From Deltaproteobacteria bacterium (GTDB taxonomy: Bacteria; Desulfobacterota; Dissulfuribacteria; Dissulfuribacterales; QOAL01), in the NCBI GenBank assembly GCA_026991135.1, contig JALXCD010000055.1:5089-69088 (forward strand): a stretch of 64,000 nt of DNA, read 5' to 3'. The position numbers were made by a program, and so were the translations under genes. The notes beneath the pieces were generated by a model. It saw only the letters and a program-made list of their open reading frames with translations, had not been told where the DNA came from and made no database searches. Shown here piece after piece: positions 1 to 10,481 of the stretch; the first letter of the stretch is position 1, and every line of letters begins with the position of its first letter.

Positions 1-987
1 GAAAAGGCCTTTAAAAATGTGAGATTTATAATTTGTAAAACCCTCTTAAATACCCTTGGGCATGAACTTTTTGTAAAAAAGGGTGAAAAAAACCTTTCTC
101 TAACCTTTGGTTTGTCAGTTAGGCCAGTAGAAAGTCAAAAAGATGTAGCTCGAAAAAGGGAAAATGCCACTGCATACCTGATAGATAGCGATCGCTATTC
201 CTCTGAGATATTGAAGCGAAGGCTTCATTTTTGTGATTTTGAAGTAAAAGATGGGCTTGCTCTAGACAAGGTCTTTAAAGATGTTTCTTCCATGAATGTG
301 GGTCAAAGGAGATGCCTGATTATTAACTGGCATGAGCTTTTCGAAAAAGATATGGACATTTTTGATTTTGTAACAGGCCGAAACCAGGAAGTTCCCGTTC
401 TTATTTATGATATTCCTCCAGTCAAAATGATGGATATTCAAAAAAAGGCAAAGGATCAAAATATCAGCCTTGGAGATATTGGCCTTGTCATGGCCCCTTC
501 TAGGGGAAAGCAATTTGTCTCTGAATTAATAAAGATACTGAATATTACAGAGGACGATCTACCCTGTAGAAGGCTTTTTGAGGAAGGAAAGAGTCTTAAG
601 AGACATAAAGAAATAATTAAGGATAAAAAGATACTTATTGTAGAAGATGACAAGATAAATCAAAGGATTCTCCTTGAAATACTAAAAGGAGTTGGAGCAA
701 AACCTGTTGTGGCATCAAATGGAGAGGCGGCCATAAAGGCAGTAAATAAGATTCAATTTAATGCAATTCTTATGGATATTAATCTTCCAGATACAGATGG
801 TTATAGGTTAACAAAAAAAATAAGAGGGCTATCAAATTACAAAAGATGTCCTGTAATAGCATTAACTGCCAGCACAAAAAATCAGGACCTTTGCAAAGAG
901 GCAGGGATGAATGAGTTTTTGACAAAACCCTACAGTGAAGAAAGGCTTTTAAAAGTTCTAGCTGAATCCATTTCAAAGGTAAGCTAA
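1..987 (+). CDS. Hybrid sensor histidine kinase/response regulator, C-terminal part (5' end lies outside the window)
   Basis: Frame 1 is open from base 1 (EKAFKNV precedes the listed start), so the gene enters from upstream. ICKTLLNTLGHELFVKKGEKNLSLTF looks like the end of an HATPase_c domain. The last ~120 aa are a canonical receiver (KILIVEDDKINQ, DINLPDTDG, ALTAS, LTKPY). The segment between looks like a degenerate receiver. Confidence 0.7.
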   Translation, partial: EKAFKNVRFIICKTLLNTLGHELFVKKGEKNLSLTFGLSVRPVESQKDVARKRENATAYLIDSDRYSSEILKRRLHFCDFEVKDGLALDKVFKDVSSMNVGQRRCLIINWHELFEKDMDIFDFVTGRNQEVPVLIYDIPPVKMMDIQKKAKDQNISLGDIGLVMAPSRGKQFVSELIKILNITEDDLPCRRLFEEGKSLKRHKEIIKDKKILIVEDDKINQRILLEILKGVGAKPVVASNGEAAIKAVNKIQFNAILMDINLPDTDGYRLTKKIRGLSNYKRCPVIALTASTKNQDLCKEAGMNEFLTKPYSEERLLKVLAESISKVS

Positions 988-1036
988 CTAATAATTAAAT
1001 AGTTTTTATTTAGAAAAACTATACCCCAAATTATCG

Positions 1037-1708
1037 TCAAATCTCCCTTTGTCTTAATGGATGGCACCATTTTCTAAGATATTTTAAAAACTCGTCCCTT
1101 GGAATCATACGAGCACCAAAGTTTTTTAAATGACTTGTTTCAACCTGGCAATCAATGAGTTTAAGGCCTTTTTCTTTTAGATGGCTTATAAGTGAAACAA
1201 AGGCCACTTTGGATGCATCTCTTTTTCTTGAAAACATGCTTTCACCAAAAAAGACCTTTCCCAAAAGGACTCCATAAAGTCCCCCCACTAGCTTATGTCC
1301 TTCCCACGCCTCGGCGCTCACGCAGAATCCTTCATAAAAAAGTGAACAATATGCGTTCACCATGTCTTCATTTATCCAGGTGCCTTCACCCTTTTCAAGC
1401 CTTACATTTGCACATTCTTCCATTACTTTTTTGAAGGCTTGATTGAATGTAATTTTGAATCTTTTTTGCTTGACTGTCCTTTTGAGGCGTTTTGAGACGT
1501 GGAGCTCATGCGGAAAAAGAACTAATCTCGGGTCAGGGGACCACCAGAGGATGGGTTCATTGGGGTTATACCAAGGGAAGATACCGTTAAGGTAGGCGTT
1601 TATAAGCCGTTCTTTTGAAAGGTCTCCACCAACTGCCAGAAGTCCATCTTTTTCTGAAAGGTGAACATCCGGGAAATGTGGACTGTCATTAAGGATAAAA
1701 ACAGGCAT
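1037..1708 (-). CDS. aat: Leucyl/phenylalanyl-tRNA--protein transferase
   Basis: Full-length 223-aa ORF with family-typical strings GIFPWY, PILWWSPDPR, FGESMFS and KLIDCQ. Confidence 0.85.
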   Translation of the reverse strand: MPVFILNDSPHFPDVHLSEKDGLLAVGGDLSKERLINAYLNGIFPWYNPNEPILWWSPDPRLVLFPHELHVSKRLKRTVKQKRFKITFNQAFKKVMEECANVRLEKGEGTWINEDMVNAYCSLFYEGFCVSAEAWEGHKLVGGLYGVLLGKVFFGESMFSRKRDASKVAFVSLISHLKEKGLKLIDCQVETSHLKNFGARMIPRDEFLKYLRKWCHPLRQREI

Positions 1709-1812
1709 TATCCAAAAATGTTTTTAAATGAAATAGGCATCAAGAAAAAGAGCCCCGTCCCCCTTTTATCTTGGAAACAGGGCCTAATTATTTTGTTTAA
1801 TTACAAACTATT

Positions 1813-3183
1813 TTAAAGACCGGTGGGGAATTTTGGAAGGTCTTTCAGAGCCTCTTTAATCTTGTCTTCAGGATATTCATAATCCTCAAGACGTCCTTCA
1901 AGATAGTCATCATAGGCAGCAAGGTCAAAATGGCCGTGACCACTGAAACAACAAACAATTGCCTTTTCTTCACCGGTTTCTTTGCATTTCAGTGCCTCAT
2001 CTATCCAGCCCTTAACTGCATGTGAGGTTTCTGGTGCCGGAATGGTCCCTTCTGTCCTTGCAAAGAGGACTGCCGCTTCAAATACAGGATTCTGTGTATA
2101 GGCACGGGCATTTACCACCTTGTTTTTGACAAGATTACAAAGGATAGGGGCATCACCGTGGTATCTCAAGCCACCTGCGTGAATCCCTGGTGGTTCAAAG
2201 GTATGGCCAAGGGTATGCATCAAAAGAAGTGGAGTCATTCCTGCAGTGTCACCAAAGTCATACTGATAAAGCCCCTTTGTAAGGGTTGGACAGGACTTTG
2301 GCTCAATGGCAATGATTTCCACATTATCCTTTCCAGAAACCTTGTCTTTTACAAAGGGAAGAATCATTCCTCCAAAGTTTGAACCACCGCCAACACATCC
2401 AACAATAACGTCTGCCTTATCATCTACAAGCTCTAATTGCTTTTTGGTCTCAAGACCAATTACCGTCTGGTGTAGGAGGACATGGTTTAAAACGCTGCCA
2501 AGGGAATAGTTAGTGTCTTCATGGGTCGCAGCGTCTTCTACTGCCTCTGAGATGGCTATTCCAAGGCTTCCCATGGAATCAGGGTTTTTCTCAAGAATGG
2601 ATCTACCCGCATTTGTTCTTTCAGTGGGTGATGGATAGACCTCTCCTCCCCAGACATGCATGAGAATTCGACGGTATGGTTTTTGATTGTAGCTTACCTT
2701 CACCATGTAAACACAACATTTCATGTCAAAGAGTTTACAGGCAAAGGAAAGGGCACTCCCCCACTGTCCGGCTCCAGTTTCGGTTGCGAGCCTTTCTATT
2801 CCTGCCTTTTTGTTATAATAGGCCTGGGCTACAGCGGTATTTGGCTTATGACTCCCAGGAGGGCTTACTCCTTCATTTTTGTAATACATCCTTGCTGGTG
2901 TACCCAAGGCCTTTTCAAGCCTTCTTGCCCTTATGAGCGGAGTCGGTCTCCAAATTTTATAGATTTCTCTTACTTCATCAGGAATTTCAATCCATCGCTC
3001 CTGACTAACTTCTTGCATTATAAGCTCATCAGGGAAAATGGGTTTTAGGTCATCAGGTGTCACAGGCTGTCCGGTCTGAGGATTCAGAGGCGGTGCCAAG
3101 GGCTCTGGCAAATCAGGCAACACGTTGTACCACGCAGTTGGAAGCTCCTTTTCGTCAAGTGTTATTTTGTAACTGTCTGACAT
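1813..3183 (-). CDS. trpB: TrpB-like PLP-dependent enzyme (tryptophan synthase beta chain 2 type)
   Basis: 456-aa ORF with the long TrpB2-type N-terminus ([22 protein letters not shown]), [11 protein letters not shown]-lysine region and GGGSNFGG loop. No trpA is adjacent. Confidence 0.8.
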   Translation of the reverse strand: MSDSYKITLDEKELPTAWYNVLPDLPEPLAPPLNPQTGQPVTPDDLKPIFPDELIMQEVSQERWIEIPDEVREIYKIWRPTPLIRARRLEKALGTPARMYYKNEGVSPPGSHKPNTAVAQAYYNKKAGIERLATETGAGQWGSALSFACKLFDMKCCVYMVKVSYNQKPYRRILMHVWGGEVYPSPTERTNAGRSILEKNPDSMGSLGIAISEAVEDAATHEDTNYSLGSVLNHVLLHQTVIGLETKKQLELVDDKADVIVGCVGGGSNFGGMILPFVKDKVSGKDNVEIIAIEPKSCPTLTKGLYQYDFGDTAGMTPLLLMHTLGHTFEPPGIHAGGLRYHGDAPILCNLVKNKVVNARAYTQNPVFEAAVLFARTEGTIPAPETSHAVKGWIDEALKCKETGEEKAIVCCFSGHGHFDLAAYDDYLEGRLEDYEYPEDKIKEALKDLPKFPTGL

Positions 3184-3198
3184 TTATGATCTCCTTTT

Positions 3199-4179
3199 TT
3201 AAAATATATATATCAGTTTAAACCAGACGTTTTGTGTTTCTGGTTTATTTCTGACTGCAAATTCATGTTGGTATCTTAAGGTGGCCATAAAATTTTTGTT
3301 TTTATACATAACTCCTGGACCTAGCGCAAAGGCCCTAGATTTTGCGTCTTCAAGGTCAGACAGGGCCTTATAAAGAGGCTCAGGATATTTTTTAATATCT
3401 TCATAGTCATCTGCGGTTACCTGTTGGTAGAAATATCCATTTATACCAAATCGCAGATAATCAGTAAGCCCCCATGAAACATTAAAATCAAAGTGAAATT
3501 CCTGGCCAGGGTCTCTGTCCACCTTTACAGGAGGGCCTGGTTCATAATCTGTTTGATGGGTATTAAAGTCATACATGAATTTAATCGAAGTCTCCAAGTT
3601 TGGAATTGGAAAATAGGTTATGGCAAGGACAGGTTCAAAGGTCCAAAAATTTCTTCCAACAGATGCAAAATTCCCTTTATCCTCATTATATAAAGGAATA
3701 TAAATGTCTGATGCAGACACAGCCACATGAAGCCTACCCTGGTCAAGGTGCCAGCCCAAAAGAAGTGGTGAATATATAACATAAAGGGCATTAAAGTCTG
3801 AATAATGTTCCCTGAGTCTAGAGCCAACAGGGGCGTTAAAATCAAGATCTTTGTTTATGGCTCCAAAAAACATGTGTTGGCCATAACTTGCATTTAAAAG
3901 TTTAAATTTTGAAATCCAGATGAGTCTTATTATATCGCCCCCGACAGCTGCCCTATTAAAGAAATCTTGGTTGTCCCCATCGTCATCCTTGAGTTTCCCT
4001 GCATATCCAAAATAGGCATAATTCACCAAGGTGATCCCAGGTGGAGGCATCATACCAACCATGAATGCTTCGGCACCATTGGGATATGCCTGGCCGCCAC
4101 CTGCTAAGACCGTGTCTCTAATGGAAAAGACAAGTACTAGAAAAAGGCAACATAAGACAAGAATGAATCTCTTTCCCAT
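3199..4179 (-). CDS. Outer-membrane beta-barrel protein (MetA-pathway/phenol-degradation-like transporter family)
   Basis: N-terminal signal peptide (LVLCCLFLVLVFSIRDTVLA), alternating beta-strand pattern and C-terminal aromatic residue (IYIF). Family call is from overall pattern only. Confidence 0.5.
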   Translation of the reverse strand: MGKRFILVLCCLFLVLVFSIRDTVLAGGGQAYPNGAEAFMVGMMPPPGITLVNYAYFGYAGKLKDDDGDNQDFFNRAAVGGDIIRLIWISKFKLLNASYGQHMFFGAINKDLDFNAPVGSRLREHYSDFNALYVIYSPLLLGWHLDQGRLHVAVSASDIYIPLYNEDKGNFASVGRNFWTFEPVLAITYFPIPNLETSIKFMYDFNTHQTDYEPGPPVKVDRDPGQEFHFDFNVSWGLTDYLRFGINGYFYQQVTADDYEDIKKYPEPLYKALSDLEDAKSRAFALGPGVMYKNKNFMATLRYQHEFAVRNKPETQNVWFKLIYIF

Positions 4180-4293
4180 AACGATTCTCCTCTCCCATGA
4201 TTTTGAAGGTTTTTACAACAAAATGAATGATGGTTCAATAAGTTCCTTAATACTTTAAATAAGAAATTGGTAAAGAGCATAGGTGTTATTTAA

Positions 4294-4322
4294 TTGACAG
4301 TGCCAGTTGCCATAATTATTTT
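4294..4322 (+). promoter_or_regulatory. Candidate sigma70-type promoter for hrcA-grpE-dnaK
   Basis: TTGACA (4294-4299), 17-nt spacer, TATTTT (4317-4322), about 65 nt upstream of the hrcA ATG. Confidence 0.3.
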
Positions 4323-4388
4323 TTGAAATGCATTTAGAAAAGGAAAATCTCTTTATATTTATAACTGGTTAAATTTATTCAAGAAGCC

Positions 4389-5417
4389 ATGACTGACAAG
4401 GTTTCCATATCTGACAGAAAAAAAGAGATACTTAAACAAGTGGTGAACTCCTATTTGGAGACGGCTGAACCAGTAGGATCTCGTGTTGTTGCAAAAAGGT
4501 CAAATCTTGGCCTTAGTTCCGCAACCATAAGAAATTGTATGGCAGATCTTGAGGAAGAAGGCCTACTTTTTCAGCCACACACCTCTGCAGGAAGGCTCCC
4601 TACCGAAGCGGGGCTTAAGTTTTTTGTCCAGCATTTGATGGAAAAGGCCCCACTTAGTTGGGGAGAACAGGTTGCCATTGAAAAAGAAATGCTCAAGGAC
4701 CTTGATGACTTTTCTTCGGTCCTAAAAAAGGCGGCTCGACTTCTTGCTTCCCTTACTGGCTATGCTGCAGTGGTTAGCGCACCGAGTGAACTCGATGACA
4801 AGCTCGAGTTTATTGAATTTGTGGGAATAAAGGCCGGCCTTATACTTGTAGTAATGGTGAGCACAAGTGGAACTGTAAGAAACCAGCTCATTAAAACCAA
4901 CAGGGAGATAAGCCCTGAGACCCTAGAGCGCTTTTCAAAGATGATGAATGAGCTCATAAAGGATTTTACTCTGGCTGAGATAAGGGACCAGTTGATTGAA
5001 TCAATGCAGGAGGACAAAAGGCTTTTCGAAAACCTGCTCTTACATATTGTGCCCGACTCCAGGGAAAAACACCTGACAGGTGAGCTTTATATTGATGGAA
5101 AGTTGAATCTTTTAGATGAGCCTGAATTTGCCCATGTAACCAAATTAAGGAGCCTTCTTGAGGCACTTGAGGAAAAACACCTTTTGTTAAAACTTCTTGA
5201 GAGGTGTTTGGCAGGTGAAGAGCTTCAAATCTTTATTGGAAAGGAAGTTGATTCAGGGATGAGCTCTTGTGGCATGGTAGTTGCTCCCTACGAAAAGGGA
5301 GATCATCCTGTTGGGAGCCTTGGTGTCCTTGGCCCAATGAGAATGAATTATCCAAGGGTTGTATCCATTGTTGAATATATTGCATCAATTTTAAGTTCCA
5401 GGGCAAAGGAGATGTAG
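4389..5417 (+). CDS. hrcA: Heat-inducible transcription repressor HrcA
   Basis: N-terminal wHTH (RKKEILKQVVNSYLETAEPVGSR), HrcA-typical length, and position upstream of grpE-dnaK. Confidence 0.9.
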   Translation: MTDKVSISDRKKEILKQVVNSYLETAEPVGSRVVAKRSNLGLSSATIRNCMADLEEEGLLFQPHTSAGRLPTEAGLKFFVQHLMEKAPLSWGEQVAIEKEMLKDLDDFSSVLKKAARLLASLTGYAAVVSAPSELDDKLEFIEFVGIKAGLILVVMVSTSGTVRNQLIKTNREISPETLERFSKMMNELIKDFTLAEIRDQLIESMQEDKRLFENLLLHIVPDSREKHLTGELYIDGKLNLLDEPEFAHVTKLRSLLEALEEKHLLLKLLERCLAGEELQIFIGKEVDSGMSSCGMVVAPYEKGDHPVGSLGVLGPMRMNYPRVVSIVEYIASILSSRAKEM

Positions 5418-5420
5418 GCC

Positions 5421-6023
5421 ATGGAAAACATCAAAGATGCAAACAAGGAAAAAGAAAAAAGGGAAGAAATTAAAAAGGATAAAGACATGGACAAAAACAA
5501 AGAAGAAAAATTTGAGGAAAAGATAGCCTCTTTGGAAGAGGCGCTAAAAAAGAAAGAAGAAGAGCTTGCAGATTGCAAGGACAAGATGCTTCGCTATGCA
5601 GCAGAGCTTGAAAACTTCAAAAAAAGGGTTGAACGGGAAAAGCTTGAACACATGAAGTTTGCCTTGGAGGAATTTGCCAAAGAGCTTTTACCCTTTCTAG
5701 ATAACCTTGAAAGGGCAGTTCAAATGGCAAAGGAAACCGAGGATCTTGAAAAGATGATAGAGGGTATAGAGCTTACCCTTTCTGGATATTTTAAGACCCT
5801 TGAGCGCTTTGGGCTAAAGACCTTTGTGGCAGAAGGTCAGCGTTTCGATCCAAATTATCACGAGGCCCTTAGTGTTGAAGAAAATCCCGATGTTGAAGAA
5901 AATACCGTATTGAAGGAGCTTTTAAGGGGTTACACATTGCATGATAGAGTCATTCGTCCAGCACTAGTTGTGGTTTCCAAAAAAAATAAAAAAGACAGTG
6001 GACAAGAAGAAACAAATGCTTAG
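5421..6023 (+). CDS. grpE: Nucleotide exchange factor GrpE
   Basis: K/E-rich N-terminus, coiled-coil region (RYAAELENFKKR) and GrpE C-terminal beta domain (FDPNYHEA, GYTLHDRVIRPA). Confidence 0.9.
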   Translation: MENIKDANKEKEKREEIKKDKDMDKNKEEKFEEKIASLEEALKKKEEELADCKDKMLRYAAELENFKKRVEREKLEHMKFALEEFAKELLPFLDNLERAVQMAKETEDLEKMIEGIELTLSGYFKTLERFGLKTFVAEGQRFDPNYHEALSVEENPDVEENTVLKELLRGYTLHDRVIRPALVVVSKKNKKDSGQEETNA

Positions 6024-6081
6024 TTTTTTTGTTGAGAAAAATGCTTCATGTGACAATAGGAAAATCAAGGAGGATAGATAA

Positions 6082-8037
6082 ATGGCAAAAGTAATCGGAA
6101 TCGATCTAGGAACTACCAACTCCTGCGTAGCTATAATGGAAGGTGGAGAGCCAAAGGTCTTGACTAATGCAGAAGGCGGAAGAACCACTCCATCTGTCGT
6201 TGCCTTTACAGATAAGGGAGAAAGGCTGGTTGGTATGCTTGCAAAGAGGCAAGCTGTCACCAACCCTGAAAATACACTTTTTGCAATAAAAAGGCTTATT
6301 GGTCGGAAATTTAATGACCCGGAAGTTCAAAAATCCAGAGAAATAATGCCCTATAAGATTGTAGAGGGCCCAAACGGTGACGCCTATGTGGAGGTCCAGG
6401 GCAAAAAATACAGTCCGGCTGAGATCTCCGCTATGATCCTTACTAAGATGAAACAGACCGCAGAGGATTATCTTGGTGAGGAAGTAAAAGAGGCTGTCAT
6501 CACCGTTCCTGCATATTTCAATGACAGCCAGCGTCAGGCTACTAAGGATGCAGGAAGGATTGCAGGGCTTAATGTTTTAAGAATTATAAATGAGCCAACA
6601 GCCGCAGCCCTTGCCTATGGTCTTGACAAGAAAGGCGAGGAAAAGGTTGCGGTATTCGACCTTGGTGGTGGAACCTTTGATATATCAATCCTTGAGATTG
6701 GTGAAGGTGTATTTGAGGTTAAATCCACCAATGGAGATACCTTCTTAGGTGGTGAGGACTTTGACCTGAGGATTGTTGACTGGCTTGCAGATGAATTCAA
6801 GGCGGAGACTGGCATCGATCTTAGGGAAGATAGAATGGCCCTTCAACGCCTTAAGGAGGCGGCAGAAAAGGCAAAGTGTGAGCTTTCAACCACCATGGAG
6901 ACAGAGATAAATCTTCCCTTTATAACTGCAGACGCCTCAGGACCAAAACACCTTGTAAAGAAGCTTACAAGGGCAAAACTCGAGGCCCTTTGCGAAGACC
7001 TCATTGAAAGGCTAGTTGGCCCATGTGAGACCGCCCTAAAGGATGCAGGGCTTACCAAGGCAGATATTGATGAGGTCATACTCGTTGGCGGTATGACTCG
7101 TATGCCAAGGGTTCAGGAAAAGGTCAAGGAGATATTTGGAAAAGAGCCTCATAAGGGGGTTAACCCAGATGAGGTGGTTGCAATTGGTGCGGCCATTCAG
7201 GGTGCTGTCTTGAAAGGTGAGGTCAAAGACGTCCTTCTTCTGGATGTCACCCCCCTTTCCCTTGGTATCGAGACAATGGGTGGTGTCATGACAAAGCTTA
7301 TTGAGAAAAACACCACCATACCGGCAAGAAAGAGCCAGATATTTACGACTGCCGCTGACAACCAGACAGCAGTTACCATCCATGTGCTCCAGGGTGAGCG
7401 TGAGATGGCGGCAGACAATAAGAGCATTGGCCGCTTTGAGCTTGTGGGTATTCCCCCAGCACCCAGGGGAGTGCCACAGATAGAGGTAACCTTTGATATA
7501 GACGCAAACGGTATCTTGAATGTTTCTGCAAAGGACCTAGCTACTGGTAAAGAGCAGTCCATAAGGATTCAGGCCTCTAGCGGCCTTACTGAAGAAGAGA
7601 TTAAACGTATGGAGGAAGAAGCAAAACTCCATGCAGAAGAAGATAAGAGGAAGCGTCAGCTTGTTGAGGCAAGGAACCAGGCAGATAACCTCATTTATAC
7701 CACTGAAAAGAGCTTAAAAGAGCTTGGGGATAAGGTTGACAGTGCAACCAAAGAACAGGTAACCCAGAAAATTGAAGCCCTTAGAAAGGCAATGGAAGGC
7801 GATGATATAGATGCCATTAAGAGGGCACAGGATGAACTTATGCAGGCATCCCACAAGATCGCAGAGATGATGTATCAGCAGGCCCAGGCCTCAGGTGGCG
7901 CAGGAGCTGCAGGTGCTGCGGGGGCCGGTGCTGCAGGAGCTACAGGAGGTGCCCAGGCAGGCGGAGCAACTGGAGGCTCAGGTGGAAAGGGCGGCGACGA
8001 TGATGTGGTAGATGCAGACTTTGAAGAGGTAAAATAA
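6082..8037 (+). CDS. dnaK: Molecular chaperone DnaK (Hsp70)
   Basis: Canonical Hsp70 signatures ([29 protein letters not shown]) and a G/A-rich C-terminal tail. No dnaJ follows. Confidence 0.98.
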   Translation: MAKVIGIDLGTTNSCVAIMEGGEPKVLTNAEGGRTTPSVVAFTDKGERLVGMLAKRQAVTNPENTLFAIKRLIGRKFNDPEVQKSREIMPYKIVEGPNGDAYVEVQGKKYSPAEISAMILTKMKQTAEDYLGEEVKEAVITVPAYFNDSQRQATKDAGRIAGLNVLRIINEPTAAALAYGLDKKGEEKVAVFDLGGGTFDISILEIGEGVFEVKSTNGDTFLGGEDFDLRIVDWLADEFKAETGIDLREDRMALQRLKEAAEKAKCELSTTMETEINLPFITADASGPKHLVKKLTRAKLEALCEDLIERLVGPCETALKDAGLTKADIDEVILVGGMTRMPRVQEKVKEIFGKEPHKGVNPDEVVAIGAAIQGAVLKGEVKDVLLLDVTPLSLGIETMGGVMTKLIEKNTTIPARKSQIFTTAADNQTAVTIHVLQGEREMAADNKSIGRFELVGIPPAPRGVPQIEVTFDIDANGILNVSAKDLATGKEQSIRIQASSGLTEEEIKRMEEEAKLHAEEDKRKRQLVEARNQADNLIYTTEKSLKELGDKVDSATKEQVTQKIEALRKAMEGDDIDAIKRAQDELMQASHKIAEMMYQQAQASGGAGAAGAAGAGAAGATGGAQAGGATGGSGGKGGDDDVVDADFEEVK

Positions 8038-8071
8038 GGCTTGCCTTAAAAAGATAAATGATTGATGATAG

Positions 8072-8109
8072 GGGCCAGGTGCCAAATTGGCATCTGGCCC
8101 TTATTTTTT
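8072..8109 (+). terminator. Rho-independent terminator after dnaK
   Basis: GGGCCAGGTGCCAA / TTGGCATCTGGCCC inverted repeat (one G-U pair) followed by TTATTTTTT. Confidence 0.75.
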
Positions 8110-8137
8110 GCCCTTATTTTTTGATTGGTTTAGCTAA

Positions 8138-9694
8138 ATGGAAACGAAAAAGAGACAGTGTGGAATCCTCCTTCACATTTCTTCTCTCCCAGGCCCCTTT
8201 GGAATTGGTCAGATTGGAAAAGAGGCCTTTGAATTTTTGGATTTTTTAAAGGAAGCTGGCCAAGGTATCTGGCAATTTTTGCCCCTTGGCCCCACGAAGG
8301 AATCCCTGGATAACTCTCCTTACATGGCAAGCTCTGCCTTTGCAGGAAATCCCCTTTTTATTTCTCCTGAAGGTCTTCTGGAAAGAGGTCTTTTAAAAAA
8401 GGAAGATATAGAAAACCATCCAGAATTTTCCGAATACCTAGTTGAATTTGAAAAGGTCATTCCCTATCAAACAGGGCTTTTAAAAAAGGCATTTAAAAGG
8501 TTTCTCGCTAAAAGCAAAAGGCCAGAAGAATTTCTTTTATTTTGTGAGAAACATGCATACTGGCTGGATGATTTTTCACTATTTATGGCATTAAAGGAGC
8601 GATTTTCAGAAAGACCCTGGTATCAGTGGCCAAGGGCCATTGCAAAAAGGGAAAGGGATGCGCTTCAAGGGGCAAGAAAGGAGCTTTTTTTAGAGATAGA
8701 ATTTCAAAGATTTTGCCAGTGGCAGTTTTTTTCACAGTGGGGGTTATTGCGTTCAAGGGCAAAGGAGCTAGAAATAGAGCTTTTTGGAGATATGCCCATC
8801 TATGTTGCACCTGATAGTGCGGATGTATGGGCAAACCAAGAGTGTTTTGAACTTGATGAAAAAACCCTTACCCCAAAGGTGGTAGCAGGGGTTCCACCAG
8901 ACTATTTTTCAAAGACAGGCCAAAGATGGGGAAATCCTATTTACAAGTGGAAGGTTAAGGGGAAGCCCAACGAGCCCCTTTATGACTGGTGGGAAAGACG
9001 TCTAAAACATGCAGGCTCCCTAATGGATATTTTAAGGATTGATCATTTTAGGGGCTTTCAGGCCTATTGGCAGGTCCCTTCCAGCGAAAAGACCGCCATT
9101 AACGGAAAATGGATAAGGGGGCCAGGAAAATATTTTTTTGAAAGGATGAAGGATGCCACCAGGGGCCTTGAGATTGTGGCCGAGGACCTTGGCACCATTA
9201 CAAGGCCTGTTATAAGGCTTAGGGAAGAGCTTGGCCTTCCAGGGATGAAGGTCCTAATCTTCGCCTTTGGCTCAGATGAAAAGAATCTCTATCTCCCCCA
9301 CAACTTTGAGCACACTAATTTTGTGGTTTACTCTGGAACCCACGATAACAACACAGTAGTTGGATGGTATCTTGACCCTTCCATCCCTGAATATGCAAAG
9401 GAAAGGGTCAGAAGATATGCAAACAGCGACGGCAATAGAATTCACTGGGACTTTTTAAGGCTGGCCTATTCGTCCGTAGCAAGGATAGCCATACTCCCTA
9501 TGCAGGATGTCCTTGGATTTGGAAGTGACTGCAGAATGAATACACCTTCAACAAGTAAGGGCAACTGGAGGTGGCGTCTGGCCAAAAGATTTTTAACAGA
9601 TGAAGTAAAAGAGGCCCTTTATTCAGAGGCAAGGTTTTATGCCAGGATACCAGAACCTAAAAAGGCCAATAAAAAAGAACCCCAAAATAAATGA
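8138..9694 (+). CDS. malQ: 4-alpha-glucanotransferase (amylomaltase, GH77)
   Basis: GILLHISSLPGPFGIG N-terminus, DxPIYVAxDSADVW block, LRIDHFRGF catalytic region, YSGTHDN. Confidence 0.9.
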   Translation: METKKRQCGILLHISSLPGPFGIGQIGKEAFEFLDFLKEAGQGIWQFLPLGPTKESLDNSPYMASSAFAGNPLFISPEGLLERGLLKKEDIENHPEFSEYLVEFEKVIPYQTGLLKKAFKRFLAKSKRPEEFLLFCEKHAYWLDDFSLFMALKERFSERPWYQWPRAIAKRERDALQGARKELFLEIEFQRFCQWQFFSQWGLLRSRAKELEIELFGDMPIYVAPDSADVWANQECFELDEKTLTPKVVAGVPPDYFSKTGQRWGNPIYKWKVKGKPNEPLYDWWERRLKHAGSLMDILRIDHFRGFQAYWQVPSSEKTAINGKWIRGPGKYFFERMKDATRGLEIVAEDLGTITRPVIRLREELGLPGMKVLIFAFGSDEKNLYLPHNFEHTNFVVYSGTHDNNTVVGWYLDPSIPEYAKERVRRYANSDGNRIHWDFLRLAYSSVARIAILPMQDVLGFGSDCRMNTPSTSKGNWRWRLAKRFLTDEVKEALYSEARFYARIPEPKKANKKEPQNK

Positions 9695-10481
9695 AGTCTT
9701 TTCGAGGGCCATTGACTTTGTGCTTTTAAGGGAAAAAAGAGAGGGAGGGTTTGGCGCAACCCCTAAACTTCCTGCAACCATAGAAGACACCTTTCATTCC
9801 TTAAAGATCATTGAATTTTTGATAGGTGAAAGGGAAAATACCCTCCTTGATTCACGGGGTATTAAAAGGCACAGGGAGTACCTTTTTAGGTTTTTTAAAA
9901 GGGATCTAGATCTAAATCTAAGGTCCATATATCAGATACTCTGGTCCTATAATTATTTGGGAGGTGATGTAAAGAAATTCCCTGTTGATTTTTATCTTTC
10001 AGAAAAAGGCCATGGAAACTCTATTCCAGGAATTTACTATAAAATAAAGATTTTTGACCTTTTGGAAAGGTCATTCCTTTTTCAAAAAGATGCTGTAACC
10101 TTCGGCTTTTCAGGAATTTTAAAAAGGAGGTGGATGTCCCTTTTTCTTTCAGAAAGACTGGGGCTTAAGATGGTTGAAAGGGACAAGGCCATTGACTGGC
10201 TAAGGGCCTGCCAGAACTACGATGGCGGTTTTGGCTTTATGCCAGGGACCACCTCCTTTATTGAAAATACCTTTTATGGCCTAAGGGCACTAAATTTATT
10301 GGGTGGGAAACCAAAAGATATGGAAATGGCACTAAACTATGTGCTTTCATGCAGGACCAAATCAGGTGGCTTTTCAAGAAAGGCAAATGCTGCCCCCTTT
10401 CTGGATGCCACCTATTATGCCATTGGTTCATTGATGGAATTGCAAAAATGCCGCAAAGAGAAAGGAGACGGATTTGTCTAA
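9639..10481 (+). CDS. Prenyltransferase/squalene-oxidase-repeat (alpha-alpha toroid) protein, function unknown
   Basis: Repeated GGF-type units (REGGFGATP, YDGGFGFMPG, KSGGFSRK) each followed by aromatic or Leu-rich helices. The listed ATG overlaps malQ by 56 nt. An in-frame GTG at 9720 is an alternative start. Confidence 0.55.
   Translation: MPGYQNLKRPIKKNPKINEVFSRAIDFVLLREKREGGFGATPKLPATIEDTFHSLKIIEFLIGERENTLLDSRGIKRHREYLFRFFKRDLDLNLRSIYQILWSYNYLGGDVKKFPVDFYLSEKGHGNSIPGIYYKIKIFDLLERSFLFQKDAVTFGFSGILKRRWMSLFLSERLGLKMVERDKAIDWLRACQNYDGGFGFMPGTTSFIENTFYGLRALNLLGGKPKDMEMALNYVLSCRTKSGGFSRKANAAPFLDATYYAIGSLMELQKCRKEKGDGFV

Noticed and set aside
999-1022. ATAGTTTTT-ATTTAG-AAAAACTAT hairpin between the kinase gene and aat as a terminator
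   Set aside because: The stem is almost entirely A-T (one G-C pair), so it is probably too weak. I did not list it as a feature.
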